64,000 bases of DNA. Origin: Eledone cirrhosa (lineage: Eukaryota). The notes beneath the pieces were generated by a model, which saw only the letters and a program-made list of their open reading frames with translations, ran no database searches and had not been told where the DNA came from. The stretch lies in NCBI GenBank assembly GCA_964016885.1, contig OZ024764.1, positions 19,716,001-19,780,000 on the forward strand. Reading direction: 5' to 3'. Positions 22,139-35,089 of the stretch are shown here, piece after piece; positions within the stretch are counted from its first letter, which is position 1; each line of letters starts with the position of its first letter. Both the position numbers and the translations under genes were made by a program.

Positions 22139-24879
22139 GCGACGCCAATGACATGTCGATATGTAACACAAACTTTAAAAAACCCGACAACCACCTGATC
22201 ACCTATAGATCAGGGGAGCACTCTAGTCAGTTAGATTTTATCCTCATCAGAGGACGTGACAGATGGACGGTCGTAAACACAAAGGCCTTCCCTAGTGAGG
22301 AATGTACCTCCCAACATAGCTTAGTTGTCAGCGACCTCACAGTCAAAACTAGATGAACCCGGAAACAGAGGCCAACCTGGAGAAGAAAGATCTGGAAGCT
22401 GAAAGACCCCTCAACCAGTAACAGATTTAAAGATATTTTACTCAACGCCTACGACAGTAAAGAAGAACAGATAGAGACATTTAATGTAGAAGAGAACTGG
22501 GAGTTCCTAAAAAATAATTTACTAGAGGCGACGGATGAAGTCTGTGGCTGGAGTAAGACCTGAAGCAGGAGGAGAGTGACTTAGTGGTGGAACAAGGTAG
22601 ATGAAGCAGTTAAGGCCAAGAGACAGGCATGGAAAGAATGGAAGAACGGGGGGAGCAGGGTACATTACATAGAGACCAAGAGGGAAGCAGAGGATAGACA
22701 ATTCAAGCATGTTTTGCAACGTGAGGACCAGAAACAGGAGGTATTCAAGATTGCGAGGCAGTGTGTCAGAGATAGTTGTGATGTCATTGGAGAGAAGTGT
22801 ATCTGGAATGATAAAGGTGAGCTTGCCCTCACAAGTGCTGAGAAGAAAGATGCATGGAAGAGTCATTATGATAGATTACTAAATGAGGAGAATGCATGGG
22901 AAGAAGAGACCGTACCCCAAGTAGACCCTATAGAGGGACCAGCAGCAGCGTAGTAAGTAAGGCAATCAAAGATATGAAGATGGGGAAGGCAACCGGTCCA
23001 TCAGGTATAGCTGCCGAGATGCTGAAGGCATCTGGGTATGTAGGTCACACTATAACCACACGTATTGTTAACCAGGTAATACTAGAAGGTGCCATACCAA
23101 AAGATTGGTGCAGTAGCATCATTGTCAACTGCTACAAAGGTAAAGGCGATGCACTAGATAGAGGTATAAAGTTGATGGACCAGGTCATGAAAGTAATAGA
23201 AAGAGTTATAGCACAGTTGATTAGGGACCGGGTGAAAATAGACGAGATGCAATTTGGGTTTGTACCAGGAAGAGGCACCTCTGATGCCCTCTTCCTTGTG
23301 AGGCAATTACAGGAAAAGTACCTAGCTAAAAGTAAGCCACTCTACTTGGCATTTGTCGACCTTGAGAAAGCCTTTGACAGAGTTCCATGTGCTGTAATCT
23401 GGTGGGCTCTTAGAAAACTAGGAGTAGATGAATGGCTTGTGAAAGTGGTACAAGCCATGTATAGGGGAGCAGTCAGCAAATTTAGGATTAGCAATGAGTA
23501 TAGCGAGGAATTTAGCGTACAGGTTGGGGTCCACCAGGGCTCTGTTCTTAGCCTCCTCCTGTTCATCATAGTCCTGCAGGCAATAACGGAGGAGTTTAAG
23601 ACCAGTTTCCCATGGGCACTCCTGTATGCTGATGACCTCGCACTCATAGCTGAATCTATGGTAGAACTAGAGAATAAATTCCAAACTTGGAAGCAGGGAC
23701 TAGAAAGAAAGGGTCTCAAAGTCAACATGACAAAGACTAAGGTCCTTGTAAGTAGACAAGAAAACAGAATCCAGATCCCCTCAGGGAAATGGCCTTGCTC
23801 AGTATGTAGGAAAGGTGTAGGTAGGAGCTCCATTCTCTGCCCCAAATGCAAACAATGGGTACACGAGATGTAGCGGGATCTCAGGAAGCTTAATTAAGAA
23901 TGTAGGATTCACATGCAGCAGCTGTGTTAAGACAGCAAGCAGCAAACAGCCACAGGAAACAAGTACCACCAATCTCTGGGAGGGCTCTGTAGAAAGAGTA
24001 GACAGCTTCTGCTACCTAGGTGACCGAATTAGCAGCGGAGGTGGGTGTTCAGAAAGTACAATAACTAGGGTAAGAACGGGATGGAAGAAGTTTAGGGAAC
24101 TACTACCACTGCTAGCTGCAAAAGGCTTCTCCCTCAGAATGAAAGGCAGACTGTATGATGCATGTATCCGAACAGCAATGTTGCACGGTAGTGAGACCTG
24201 GGTGCTGAAGGTGGAAGATTTACGTAGATTAGAGAGAAAGGAAGCCTGCATGCTCCGATGGATGTGTAACAGTAATATACGTGAACGACAAAGCATAAAT
24301 GAATTGAGAGAGAGACTGAGCATAAGAGGAATCAAATGCTGTGTGCAGGAGAGGCGGTTGTCCTGGTATGGCCATGTGATGCGTATGAAGGATGACAGCT
24401 GCATAAAAAGGTGCAGAGCACTAGAAGTCGATGGAAACCGCGGAGTGGGGAGACCCAAGATGACCTGGGATGAGGTGATAAAAGCCGACCTTACCCAATT
24501 ACACCTCTCAAAGGCAATGACACACGACCGTGACTTCTGGCGTCACGCAGTAATACAGAGTACCCGACCTTCCATGGGTACAAGCTGAAGCATATAGACA
24601 ATATGCTCCCCCACCCCCCACCGCAAGGTGGTCGTGGAGGTGCCAGGGCAAAAAAGCACCCAGCCCACACTGTAAAGTGGACGTGTAGGCGCCACAGAAA
24701 AAGCACCCAGCACTCACTGTAAATGAGGTTGGTGTTAGGAAGGGCATCCAGCTGTAGAAATCAAGCCAGATCAGTTCCTGTATGAGCAAGGCATGGTCAG
24801 CCGACCAGACACTGCCCACAACAGACAACCCGTCTAACCCATGCTAGCGTGGAAGAACGGACGTAAAACGGTGATGATG
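22139..24879 (+). mobile_element. RTE-B LINE, 5'-truncated, inserted in the 48-bp minisatellite
   Basis: Collinear with 10793-13595; YADD RT; several stops and deletions; (GAT)n tail; ACCT at both junctions. Confidence 0.95.
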
Positions 24880-25830
24880 ACCTACATGACCACTTTACAG
24901 TGTAGACTGGGTACTTTTTGTTGTGACACCTACATGACTACTTTACAGTGTAGACTGGGTACTTTTTTGTTGTGACACCTACATGACCACTTTACAGTGT
25001 GGACTGGGTGTTTTTTGTTGTGACACCTACATGACCACTTTACAGTGTGGACTGGGTACTTTTTGTTGTGACACCTACATGACCACTTTACAGTGTGGAC
25101 TGGGTACTTTTTGTTGTGACACCTACATGAACACTTTACAGTGTGGACTGGGTACTTTTTGTTGTGACACCTACATGACCACTTTACAGTGTGGACTGGG
25201 TACTTTTTGTTGTGACACCTACATGACCACTTTACAGTGTGGACTGGGTACTTTTTGTTGTGACACCTACATGACCACTTTACAGTGTAGACTGGGTACT
25301 TTTTGTTGTGACACCTACATGACCACTTTACAGTGTGGACTGGGTACTTTTTGTTGTGACACCTACATGACCATTTTACAGTGTAGACTGGGTACTTTTT
25401 GTTGTGACACCTACATGACCACTTTACAGTGTGGACTGGGTACTTTTTGTTGTGACACCTACATGACCACTTTAAAGTGTGGACTGGGTACTTTTTGTTG
25501 TGACACCTACATGACGACTTTACAGTGTGGGCTGGGTACTTTTTGTTGTGACACCTACATGACCACTTTACAGTGTGGACTGGTTTCTTTTTGTCATATC
25601 ACCTACATGACCACCTTATAGTGTTGGCTGTGTGTTCTTTGCAGCGTGGGCTGGTTTCTTTTTGTCATATCACCTACATGACCACCTTATAATGTTGACT
25701 GTGTGTTCTTTGCAGTGTGGGCTGGTTTCTTTTTGTCATATCACCTACATGACCTTCTTATAATGTTGACTGTGTGTTCTCTACAGTGTGGGTTGGGTGC
25801 TTTTTGTCATATCTCCTACCCAACCACTTT
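24880..25830. repeat. 48-bp minisatellite (~14 copies) grading into a ~71-bp variant (~3 copies)
   Basis: Directly visible; gives the spurious TTLQCGLGTFCCDTYM repeat ORF. Confidence 0.95.
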
Positions 25831-25844
25831 GCAGTGTGGGCAGT

Positions 25845-26370
25845 GAAATATCAGTAATGCACCAGCTTCAATATTCATTAATCAGAAGAAGGGAGGTAGT
25901 CATAAACGCCAAAATTGCTGTGTTCAATTATGTTTTTGTGCCAACACTTACCTATGGTCACATATCTTGGGTAATGACCAAAAGAATATGATTGGGAATA
26001 CAAATGGCAGATATGGGATTCCTCTGAAGGGTCTTTGAAGGAACTTTTCTAAATAAAGTGCATAGCTCTGAGATCAGAGAGTCACTCCAGGTGGAGCTGT
26101 TACTTCTCCGAATTGAGAGATCACAGCTGCAATACTATGGCCATGTGGTTAGAATGTCTGAGGAAAGAATCACTGGATAGATTTTACAGGCTAAACTAAC
26201 CGGCAGGAGACCCAGGGGTAGACCTGAGCAAGATGGTCACATAACATCCATGAGCTTGGCTGGTCTCTCTGGGAGATCCAGCCAGATCAGTTGGAGTGGG
26301 TTGCTTCTGACAGGACCTGTTGAAGGGAGTGTTTGAGGATTCTTCCCCCAAGACCCTCTCTGGAATAAGT
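25845..26370 (+). mobile_element. Old RTE (Expander-like) LINE C-terminal fragment
   Basis: FVPTLTYGH.SWVMT, RSQLQYYGHVVRM and GRRPRGRP motifs; paralog at 61633-62170. Confidence 0.75.
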
Positions 26371-26809
26371 GGGTTAATAAGAAGAGGTTGAGGTTACATC
26401 ATCAACATCAGATTTCCCTGCTAGCAAGGATTTAATGAGTCTACTTCAACCAAGTAAGTACTGAAGTGAGGTTACTGATCTCCCAGACAGACCAAGGATC
26501 TGAGACTTATTTACATAAGGTCTCATTTGCTACTGAGTGCACAGAAAAGGTTGTCATGTCTTTGTCATGATTGAAGGGTTCTCCAACACTATTGTTGGGC
26601 AAGCTTTCTATGACTAGATGTCCTTCACATGACCAACCACATTACAGCCTGTGTTGGGTGTGTTTATCATGTAGGTGAGACATAACAAACTGAGGGTTCC
26701 CCAAGGGCCACATAGGTCACGTGTTGTCTGAGGGTTGCACACAACTAATTATGTACACTACAACTAATTAAAGTCATTTAATAAAATATATTGCAGAAAG
26801 ATTTGTTAC

Positions 26810-28146
26810 TTAAATTTAGAAACATACAATGTACATACGAATGTTTTAGCAGCATTCATGAATACAAAGTAATGAAGTAGTTTGACAAAAAAGTAAAATT
26901 TAACATGTCAACATATACTTGCAGATTGTAACAGCAACAAATACATTGTACACAAATAACAACAGTTGAAAACTGAACATTTATTTGCTACTATTCAACC
27001 ATTTTTAGTCTTTTGTCCTGAGGCTTGACACTTCTTTCTGTTAACAATTTTTGGTATGTTGGCTGAAATGTCTGTACAGTTCCAACTTTAATCAGAAATG
27101 ACAAGTGTTGATCTGTCAGCCTTGTTCTCTGAGAAGTTTTTGTTAAGCTAAGTACAGACTCAGTATGGGCAGTGATTTTCAGCTCTTTGCACATAAGAAA
27201 ATGAATTACATTTTCATCTGACAACGGAGGCTTCCATAAGCTAAGTTTTCTAATGAAGAACTTGATGTCATCATACAACTGAGTGATGGGTTTGTTTTTA
27301 GCTTGTAATTTCAAATTAAGATCAGTTAATTGTGCAGTAATATCCACAACAAAAGCCAGATGTTGGAGCCAGTCTCTTCAATAGCAATAGAAACATTTTC
27401 AAACCTTGATGATACAGCCTTTAACTGTTGTTTCAGATCACCTGACATTTCATTAATCTGTTCAGCAACAGTGTTCCTGGTTAATGAAATGTCTTTGAAT
27501 AACTCTGCTTTCTCTGGACAATTTCAACTGTTTTTACAAGACATTGCTTTACAAAATCTCCTTCACTGTAAGATTTCCCACTCATGGCAATCATTCGACT
27601 GAGTTCATAGCTTGCAGTAACGGAAGTGACATTCTCTTCCTGAATTAACATAAAACAGGTCTATTGCTGTGTCAAGTTAGACTTCAATTCCTTGAGTCTT
27701 GAAACACACATTGGGCCTTCATATTTATCGTAAGATCGAGGGTTTGTTTCATAATGTCTTTTTAAATTGTACTCTTTTGGCGTGGCGATGTAGTTGTTGC
27801 AAATTAAACAGTGTATTTTTCTGTTCACCGTTGGGCAAAAATACTATAATTCCTACTTTTCTTGAAACACTTGCCCTTCTTCGTTAAATTTCCTTTTTCT
27901 CTTAGCTGGAGGAGCACTAACCATTTCAAAAACAAAAACATTTGAAATTTTGAAAGAAAGTTTTCTGTTAATGAGCTGCACGTGATTAATGGAAGTTAAA
28001 AGTAGTTGACAAAAATTGCACAAAAAAATAATTGTATCGAAAATGTTTTAAATTTTATATTACGAAAATGAAAGATGCTCGCACTGTAAAAACCTTTGTG
28101 TGGGCCGCAGGTTTGCTTGCAAAGGGCCGCATGTTTGACATGTCTG
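26810..28146 (-). mobile_element. hAT remnant, internally deleted paralog
   Basis: Collinear with 2015-2170 plus 4663-6060 with a ~580-bp internal deletion; retains the C-terminal KTSQRTRLTDQHL motif. Confidence 0.88.
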
Positions 28147-28309
28147 ATGTAGGTTACCAACACTAGGGAGGGCAGCATGTCCTTCAGTGTGTTCTGCTAC
28201 ATTAACTACCAGGAGGTCACCACATGAGACAAAGACTACATTTCAAAGAAGGGTCATAAAAGAACTAAATACGAAAGTACCCACAGAAACAAGCAAATAA
28301 TTGAGCTTT

Positions 28310-28718
28310 GGGTCTAGGTTAAGGGGGCAGAAGTGCTGTGCCCTGTGGATAAGACTGCAAAAGTATTCGCCCCGGACGATGGACAGTGACACCCACTGCA
28401 AGAGCCACCCCAACCTCATGGGACTCCCTCTTCAGAAGGGCCACTAACGTTCTGATCTTACAGAGGAGCTTGGCAGTACGGGGTCCAAGTACTTCTGAGG
28501 TCTCAATGGTGACCGGTGTGAAGAGACCTACAATTGATGTGATCCCAGTTATGTTGGACTGTAATATAGAGAGGGGTATAGAGAGGCCTGAGCCTGTCTC
28601 AGCCGGGCCACCCAGGGTTGTGTCATCTAGGTACCAGACAGGGGTAACTAGACCACGTTGTCAACTGTCAACACCAATAGGAGTGAGGCGAGTGGGTCCC
28701 CTTGCTAGAAACCATATA
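28310..28718 (-). mobile_element. CRE-like remnant (paralog)
   Basis: Collinear with 6222-6620. Confidence 0.55.
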
Positions 28719-28957
28719 TAAAACGTATTTGATAATTACTTTAATGAATAATTTGTTTCATACGTAATTATTACTTTTAACACAATAGGATTTTGTACAC
28801 GTGTTTGTTTGAAAACATCTTTCAAAGAAGTATGAGACAGTCTTTTGTAGTGTTTATTATAATAAATTACTGTATGTTGAGCTGTTTTAACTTCTCCACC
28901 TTCTATTATTTCATATTGTTTTTGTAAAAAAACGAGATCTTTTTCATATATATATAT

Positions 28958-29172
28958 GAAGGCGTGTGGCTGAGTGGTTAGAGAATTGGATTCGGAATTG
29001 TGAGGTTGTGAGTTCGATTCTCAGACAGGGCGATGCGTTATGTCCTTGAGCAAGACATTTTATTTCACGTTGCTCCTTCTACCTGGAGTTGCAACCGATA
29101 GATAGTATTAGCAATTGGAAAGACCAATGGAAACATTGTTTCCTCGGTCCGATTTGACGAAAAGTCGATCAT
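28958..29172 (+). mobile_element. tRNA-derived SINE (paralog)
   Basis: Near-identical to 6862-7075 including flanks. Confidence 0.8.
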
Positions 29173-29949
29173 AAAAAATATATATAGAGAGAGAGAAACA
29201 CACAAACATACACTACTGTATTACATATGTAAGGGGAGATAACTCTCGTTACATCCCCCCCTTCTTTTTGATATACGTACTTTAAGTACTTTGTTCAATG
29301 GAACCTGCTTTATTTTGTGTCCTAAGTAGATTTCTGTTTAAGTATTTACGAGATTCACAATGATTCACGTAACCAAGTTACTTACATAGAGATATATTTC
29401 ACATAGAATCACAACAAATGAAAATATTAAGTCAACACTCTGTCAATCAGTCTCACATCACATGGGGTGCCGGAGTCTCCCTCTAATACTTTCTGAGACT
29501 GTCTTACCTCGAGTGATAGCAAGGCTAAGATGTTGGAACTACCAAACACCCTCATATGTATCATCTGACACCTCGGTAAGGAGAGCTGCCAACGATAACA
29601 AGAACCTCGTTGTCAGGGACCTATCTCCTCCAAACTTCTCCAACACCACAGACTAGAATATTCTACTCTTTATTCCCTATCAAATATATTTCAGTCTAGT
29701 CATTTATCTTGTATCTTGTATATGTATTTTCAAAACTAACTGTCACATTTGTGAGACCCCAGTTAGTGATGTTTTTGTCTCCCTCCCACATCCTCCATGC
29801 TGTAGTAAAAGTGAGGGTCACTGCTTCCGTAGACGAACGAAATAAAAGTTAAACTTCCAGTAATTATCGGCAAAGTATTTATTCCAGTCTGTGATGTTTG
29901 AGAAGCTGGGCTGCTGACAACGAAGTTGTGGTCACTGTTGGCAGCTGGC

Positions 29950-30270
29950 TTTACCGAAGTACCCGATGACTCTTGTGAGGGTACTTAGCTGTTTGGGTGG
30001 TTTAGCCTCCATATGACATGATTTTACTGAGATACCCGGTGATCTCTGTCAGTGTACTTAGCTGTTCTGGTAGCTTAGCTTCCTTCTAACCAGATCTTAC
30101 CGAGATACCCGATGACTCTTGTGATGGTACTTAGCTGTTCTGGTAGCTTAGCCTACATATGACCCGATCTTACCGAGATACACGGTGATCTCTGTCAGGG
30201 TACTTAGCTGTTCAGGCAACTTAGCCTCCATATGACCCGAGATACCCGGTGATCTTTGCCAGGGTACTCG
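29950..30270. repeat. ~73-bp minisatellite, ~4 copies
   Basis: Same unit as 1170-1560. Confidence 0.88.
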
Positions 30271-31271
30271 ATTGATCCAGCACCCTACTATTTCTACCAA
30301 CACGTTATATCGAGGTATCAAGTGATAATCTTTTCAAGTCAAGACCTCCTCTGTCTTCCAACTGCCCTGTTATTCTACAAACTCACGAAAGTGGACACCA
30401 CCTGAAGGAGAGAGTGGTTGGTGTAGTGGTCATCGCTGGCTATTGTCCGAGTGACATAGGTAAAATACACTACCTAGACTGAGGTAAAACGTCTACCGTC
30501 CATTCCTCACCACCACCACCTTACTTTCTCTATTTTAATTACATTTACTGTTTTCAACTTCATTTTTTATTACAAACTTTACATAATTTAATTCCGTAAA
30601 AATATTTTACGTCACAAAAAAACCTTGAATCATGCGCAGTGGTGCAGTTGTCGACTTCCTGTCCACGTGTTAGTCTTCCTACAACATCATTTAGACAACA
30701 TTTCTGTAATTACTAAACACCTGAGACTATAATGTAAGTATTATGTCTATTAATATTGTAGATTTAAGCTCACTTTTCACATCACAAATATATATTTTCT
30801 TGTTTGTTTCATTACTGGAAATATAAAATGTTATCGTAATTATCTATATTTTACCTACCTCTAATTAATTAAAGTGAAAACTTTTGTTGTTGCTGAAAAA
30901 TAAATTAACAAAACTAAATATTTAAATATTCTAAAGGTCGTTTTTATAGTATGTGATGATATAATTAATATATTTTATTACAATTGTATAAATTTACAGT
31001 AGAATAAAGTTGTACATATGTTTTAAATATATACATAAATAACATAAGTGTGTAAATAACATTATAAATTGCTGGCAATTCCTTGAGAAAGACATTACAA
31101 ATATATTGTCTAAACTGTGTATATTAATATAATTTATTGAACAATAATGATAAAGGAAAGAAAAACACAGTGGGAGATGGCAATTGACCACCAAGTGTGA
31201 TAATAGGCCACACCTCACACCTTAGGGGTTAACTACACACTTTGAGGCAAGCCAACACACTGGCAGCATTA

Positions 31272-31550
31272 CTAAGGTGTTGAAATAACCAGGTACCCTC
31301 ACGGGTATCACCTAACACCTCGGTAAGGTGAGGCTAAGGTGTTGAAGTAACCAGGTACCCCCACGGGTATCACCTGACACCTCAGTAAGGTGAGGCTAAG
31401 GTGTTGAAATAACCAGGTACCCTCACGGGTATCACCTGACACCTCAGTAAGGTGAGGCTAAGGTGCTGAGATAACCAGGTACCCTTTCGGATATCACCTG
31501 ACACCTCAGCAAGGTGAGGCTAAGGTGCTGAAATAACCAGATACCCTCAC
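31272..31550. repeat. 62-bp minisatellite, ~4.5 copies
   Basis: Same unit as 9365-9712. Confidence 0.9.
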
Positions 31551-31904
31551 GGAAACGACTAGATTTGTAGAAAAAGTAGGGTGAAAGTATACGAAGAGAT
31601 GTAGTTTCACAGATCTACTCACACCTCACGTTGGGTGGGAAATATTTTTCTTAGATTTTTTTCTAGACCCCTTTTCAATATTTTCTCTGGACTCCTTAGA
31701 TACTTGCAATAGACGTTTTATTCCCCAGTATTAGGGTTAGGGTTTCCGTTTTCAGGAAGAAAAGTCGATTGCAAACATCTAAGAGGTCGAGAAATAAAAT
31801 TAAGGAAAGATAATTATTTCCCAGCCAACTGGAGAAGTGTGTAGCTCTTCTAAACTCCGATAATCCTGTCTCCCACTTCTTTATCTACAAATCTAGTCGT
31901 TTCC
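31551..31904. mobile_element. Foldback MITE (paralog)
   Basis: ggaaacgactagatttgtaga ... tctacaaatctagtcgtttcc, perfect 21-bp TIRs. Confidence 0.82.
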
Positions 31905-32463
31905 TGCTACTTTGAAGGCCCTATTTATTGATAACACCATTTGTAAATCTTTGTCAACTTTTCATACGCAAATTGTGAATCAGTTATTTTTAAACAAACT
32001 ATCAAAGAAGGTGATCTTACAGTAACTGTGTTTGATTTAATCAACCTATCCCCCCCCCCCCAAAAAAAAACATTGTCAACCTTGTGTCTAAATCAGAAAC
32101 TATTATTAGATCTTAAATCAACCTCATAAAGATGAAGGGCAAAGCTAACCTCGGTGGGATTTCAACCCTTTATGTTATGAGTTCAAATCCCACCAAAGTT
32201 AACTTTGTCTTTCATTCTAACGGGGTGGATAAATTAAAGTTCCAGTTATCTACTGAGGTCTGAGATATTAACGTTTGAGTAGATTCTATCTTTTTGTGTG
32301 TTTGTATTTATAATCTTACTATAAACCCTGTGACCTGTTGGGTCACGTTCCCTTTAAAAATAATTTTTAAATAATTAAAATATACACAGACATGTATATA
32401 ATGTAAAATGAAATTATTAGGCCCATATATATATAAGTATATATATGCGTGTGTGTGTATATA

Positions 32464-33317
32464 CAGGGTGTGGACGATATTTGTTCACAATTTTCAACTG
32501 CTAAATTTATGCAAATTTTTTTTACTTCCGTTGTCACTCTTGTCTTCATAAAAACAGTGACTATATTCCCATTATTTATTTTCCGAATAATTGATTATGA
32601 ATAATTTTGAACCTCCAAATTTGTGGAAGAGACAGAGTTCCTCTTGGAATCCGCGCCTGGAGGACAAATAAGGACCAGAAGATCAACTCCCAGAACAACA
32701 GGTGGCTCGCTGTCTCATCCAAAGACCTGCCCAGAGTCATGCAGACAAAGTTTCCAGCGACAACATTGGTCTTTGGTGTCATCAGCAGTCAAGGTGACGT
32801 CAAGCCACCTCACTTCTTCCCTGAGGACCTCAAGCTGAACACCGATGGCTACATCCACGTTCTGAGCGAGGTAGTAAAGCCCTGGATCGACCAGGTAGCT
32901 GCAGGTTGGCTGTACGTGTGGCAGCATGACCCAAGCCTGGCTGTCAGAGAACTTCGTCGACCACACTTCACCTGACATCTGGCCTCCCAGCTCGCCTGAC
33001 TGCAACCCCCTCGGCTTCTTTGTGTGGGGCGCAGTGGAACGAGACACCAACAGATGTAGCTGCAATACGAAAGACGATCTGAAGGCCAGGATCACAAGTG
33101 CCTTTAGGGGCCTAAGTCGGGGGACAGTGACGAAGGCCTGTAGCTGGTTCCGAGGCCGTCATCAAAGCCAATGGCGGGTTTATGGAGTGAGATCGAAAGA
33201 ACAAGTCATGAAGACAAACTGACAGAAGTTTGATAAATATATCTTAAAAAATAAAACTACTGTCTTCTTATTTTTTCCTAGACAGTAATCTTGCGAACAA
33301 ATATCGTCCGCACCCTG
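32464..33317 (+). mobile_element. Tc1/mariner (maT-like) element, internally deleted, 854 bp
   Basis: TIRs CAGGGTG(T/C)GGACGATATTTGTTC with TA flanks; transposase remnant with KFPATTLVFGVISS, VWQHD and WPPSSPDCNPL. Confidence 0.9.
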
Positions 33318-33463
33318 TATATATGTGTGTGTGTGTCTGTGGTCTTAATACTCTAGTCACAGACACACTCATACACACGCACACACACACACACACGCAC
33401 GCACACACACACAAGTAATAATTTCGTTCAACAACACCACTAGCTCTCTCTCTCTCTATATAT

Positions 33464-34806
33464 ATCATCATCATCATCACCGTTTTATGTCCCTTCTTCC
33501 ATGCTAGCATGGGTCGGACAGGTTGTCCTGTTTTGGGCAGTGTCCGGTCAGCTGATTTTGTCTTGCTCATAAGGGAACTGATTCTGGCTTGATTTCTACA
33601 GCTGGATGCCCTTCCTAACACCAACCTCATTTACAGTGAGTGCTGGGTGCTTTTTTTCCGTGGTGCCTACACGTCCACTTTACAGTGTGGGCTGGGTGCT
33701 TTTTTACCGTGGCACCTCTATATGCTTCAACTTCAGCTCGTACCCGTGGGATGGTCGGGTCTTCTGTATTACTGCATGACGCCAGAGGTCACGGTCGTGT
33801 GTCATCGCCTTTGAGAGGTGTAATTGGGTAAGGTCGGCTTTTATCACCTCATCCCAGGTCTTCTTGGGTCTCCCCACTCCACGGCTTCCATCGACTTCTA
33901 GTGCTCTGCACCTTTTTATGCAGCTGTCATCCTTCATACGCATCACATGTCCATACCAACGCAACTGCCTCTCCTGCACACAGCATTTGATTCCTCTTAT
34001 GCTCAGTCTCTCTCTCAATTCGTTTCTGCTTTGCCGTTCACGTATATTACTATTACACATCCAACAGAGCATGCAGGCTTCATTTCTTTCTAATCTATGC
34101 AAGTCTTCCACCTTCAGCGCCCAGGTCTCACTACCATGTAACATTGCTGTTTGTATGCACGCATCATACAGTCATGAACTTCTTCCATCCCGTTCTTACC
34201 CTAGTCATTGTACTTTCCGAACACCCACCACCGCTCCTAATTCGGTCACCTAGGTAGCAGAAGCTGTCTACTGTTTCTACAGAGCCCTCTCAGAGATTGG
34301 TGGTACTTATTTCCTGTGGCTGTTTGCTGCTTGCTGTCCCAGCACAACTGCTACATGTGAAGCATGCTACATTCTTAATTAAGCTTCCTGAGATCCCGCT
34401 ACATCTCTTGTGTACCCATTGTTTGTATTTGGGGCAGAGGACGGAGTTCCTACCTACACCTTTCCCACATACTAAGCAAGGCCATTTCCCTGAGGGGATC
34501 TGGGTTCTGCTTTCTCGTCTACTTACAAGGACCTTAGTCTTTGTCAGGTTGACTTTGAGACCCTTTCTTTCTAGTCCCTGCTTCCAAGTTTGGAATTTAT
34601 TCTCTAGTTCTACCATAGAGTCAGCTATAAGTGCGAGGTCATCTGCATACAGGAGTTCCCATGGGCATCCGGTCTTAAACTCCTCCGTTATTGCCTGCAG
34701 AACTATGATGAACAGGAGAGGGCTAAGAACAGAGTCCTCTCTCTAGTCATTGCTAATGCTAACTCTGCTGACTGCTCCCCTATACATGGCTGGTACAGCT
34801 TTCACA
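33464..34806 (-). mobile_element. RTE-B LINE, 5'-truncated with internal deletions
   Basis: (CAT)n tail at 33464; YADD RT end, finger and C-terminus on the minus strand. Confidence 0.92.
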
Positions 34807-35089
34807 TTTCGGGGTCAACTTCCCATTCAGGGTCAACTTCCTTTCAAACTATTTTCCCATTATGCCCCGTTTTAGCTGTATTACACAATCACAGAGTTTT
34901 AGGTTTATAATGTTATAGTATCATGATAGGGTAATACAGTTATTTATAGACATGTGGTAAATGTTGGTTCAGTACACTCTGGGGGATGTTAGTGTTGGTT
35001 CAGTCCACTCTAGGGGGTGTTAGTGTTGGTTCAGTCCACCCTGGGGGGTGTAAGTGTTGGTCAATGATAACCTTTATAACTAGAGACAT

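Larger units (their letters stand above)
32319..34910 (-). mobile_element. Non-autonomous Helitron, minus copy, split by mariner and RTE-B insertions
   Basis: Paralog of 10470-13870; gtgacc-caaca-ggtcac hairpin; terminal CTAG mutated. Confidence 0.65.

Noticed and set aside
24880-25580. CRISPR-like regular array, also at 9365, 43930 and 53385
   Set aside because: Units are head-to-tail with no unique spacers, there are no cas genes, and the context is eukaryotic.
24983-25621. Cys-rich repeat protein ORF (TTLQCGLGTFCCDTYM)n
   Set aside because: Open only because the 48-bp unit is a multiple of 3; derived from an RTE 3'UTR; frame not kept in paralogs.
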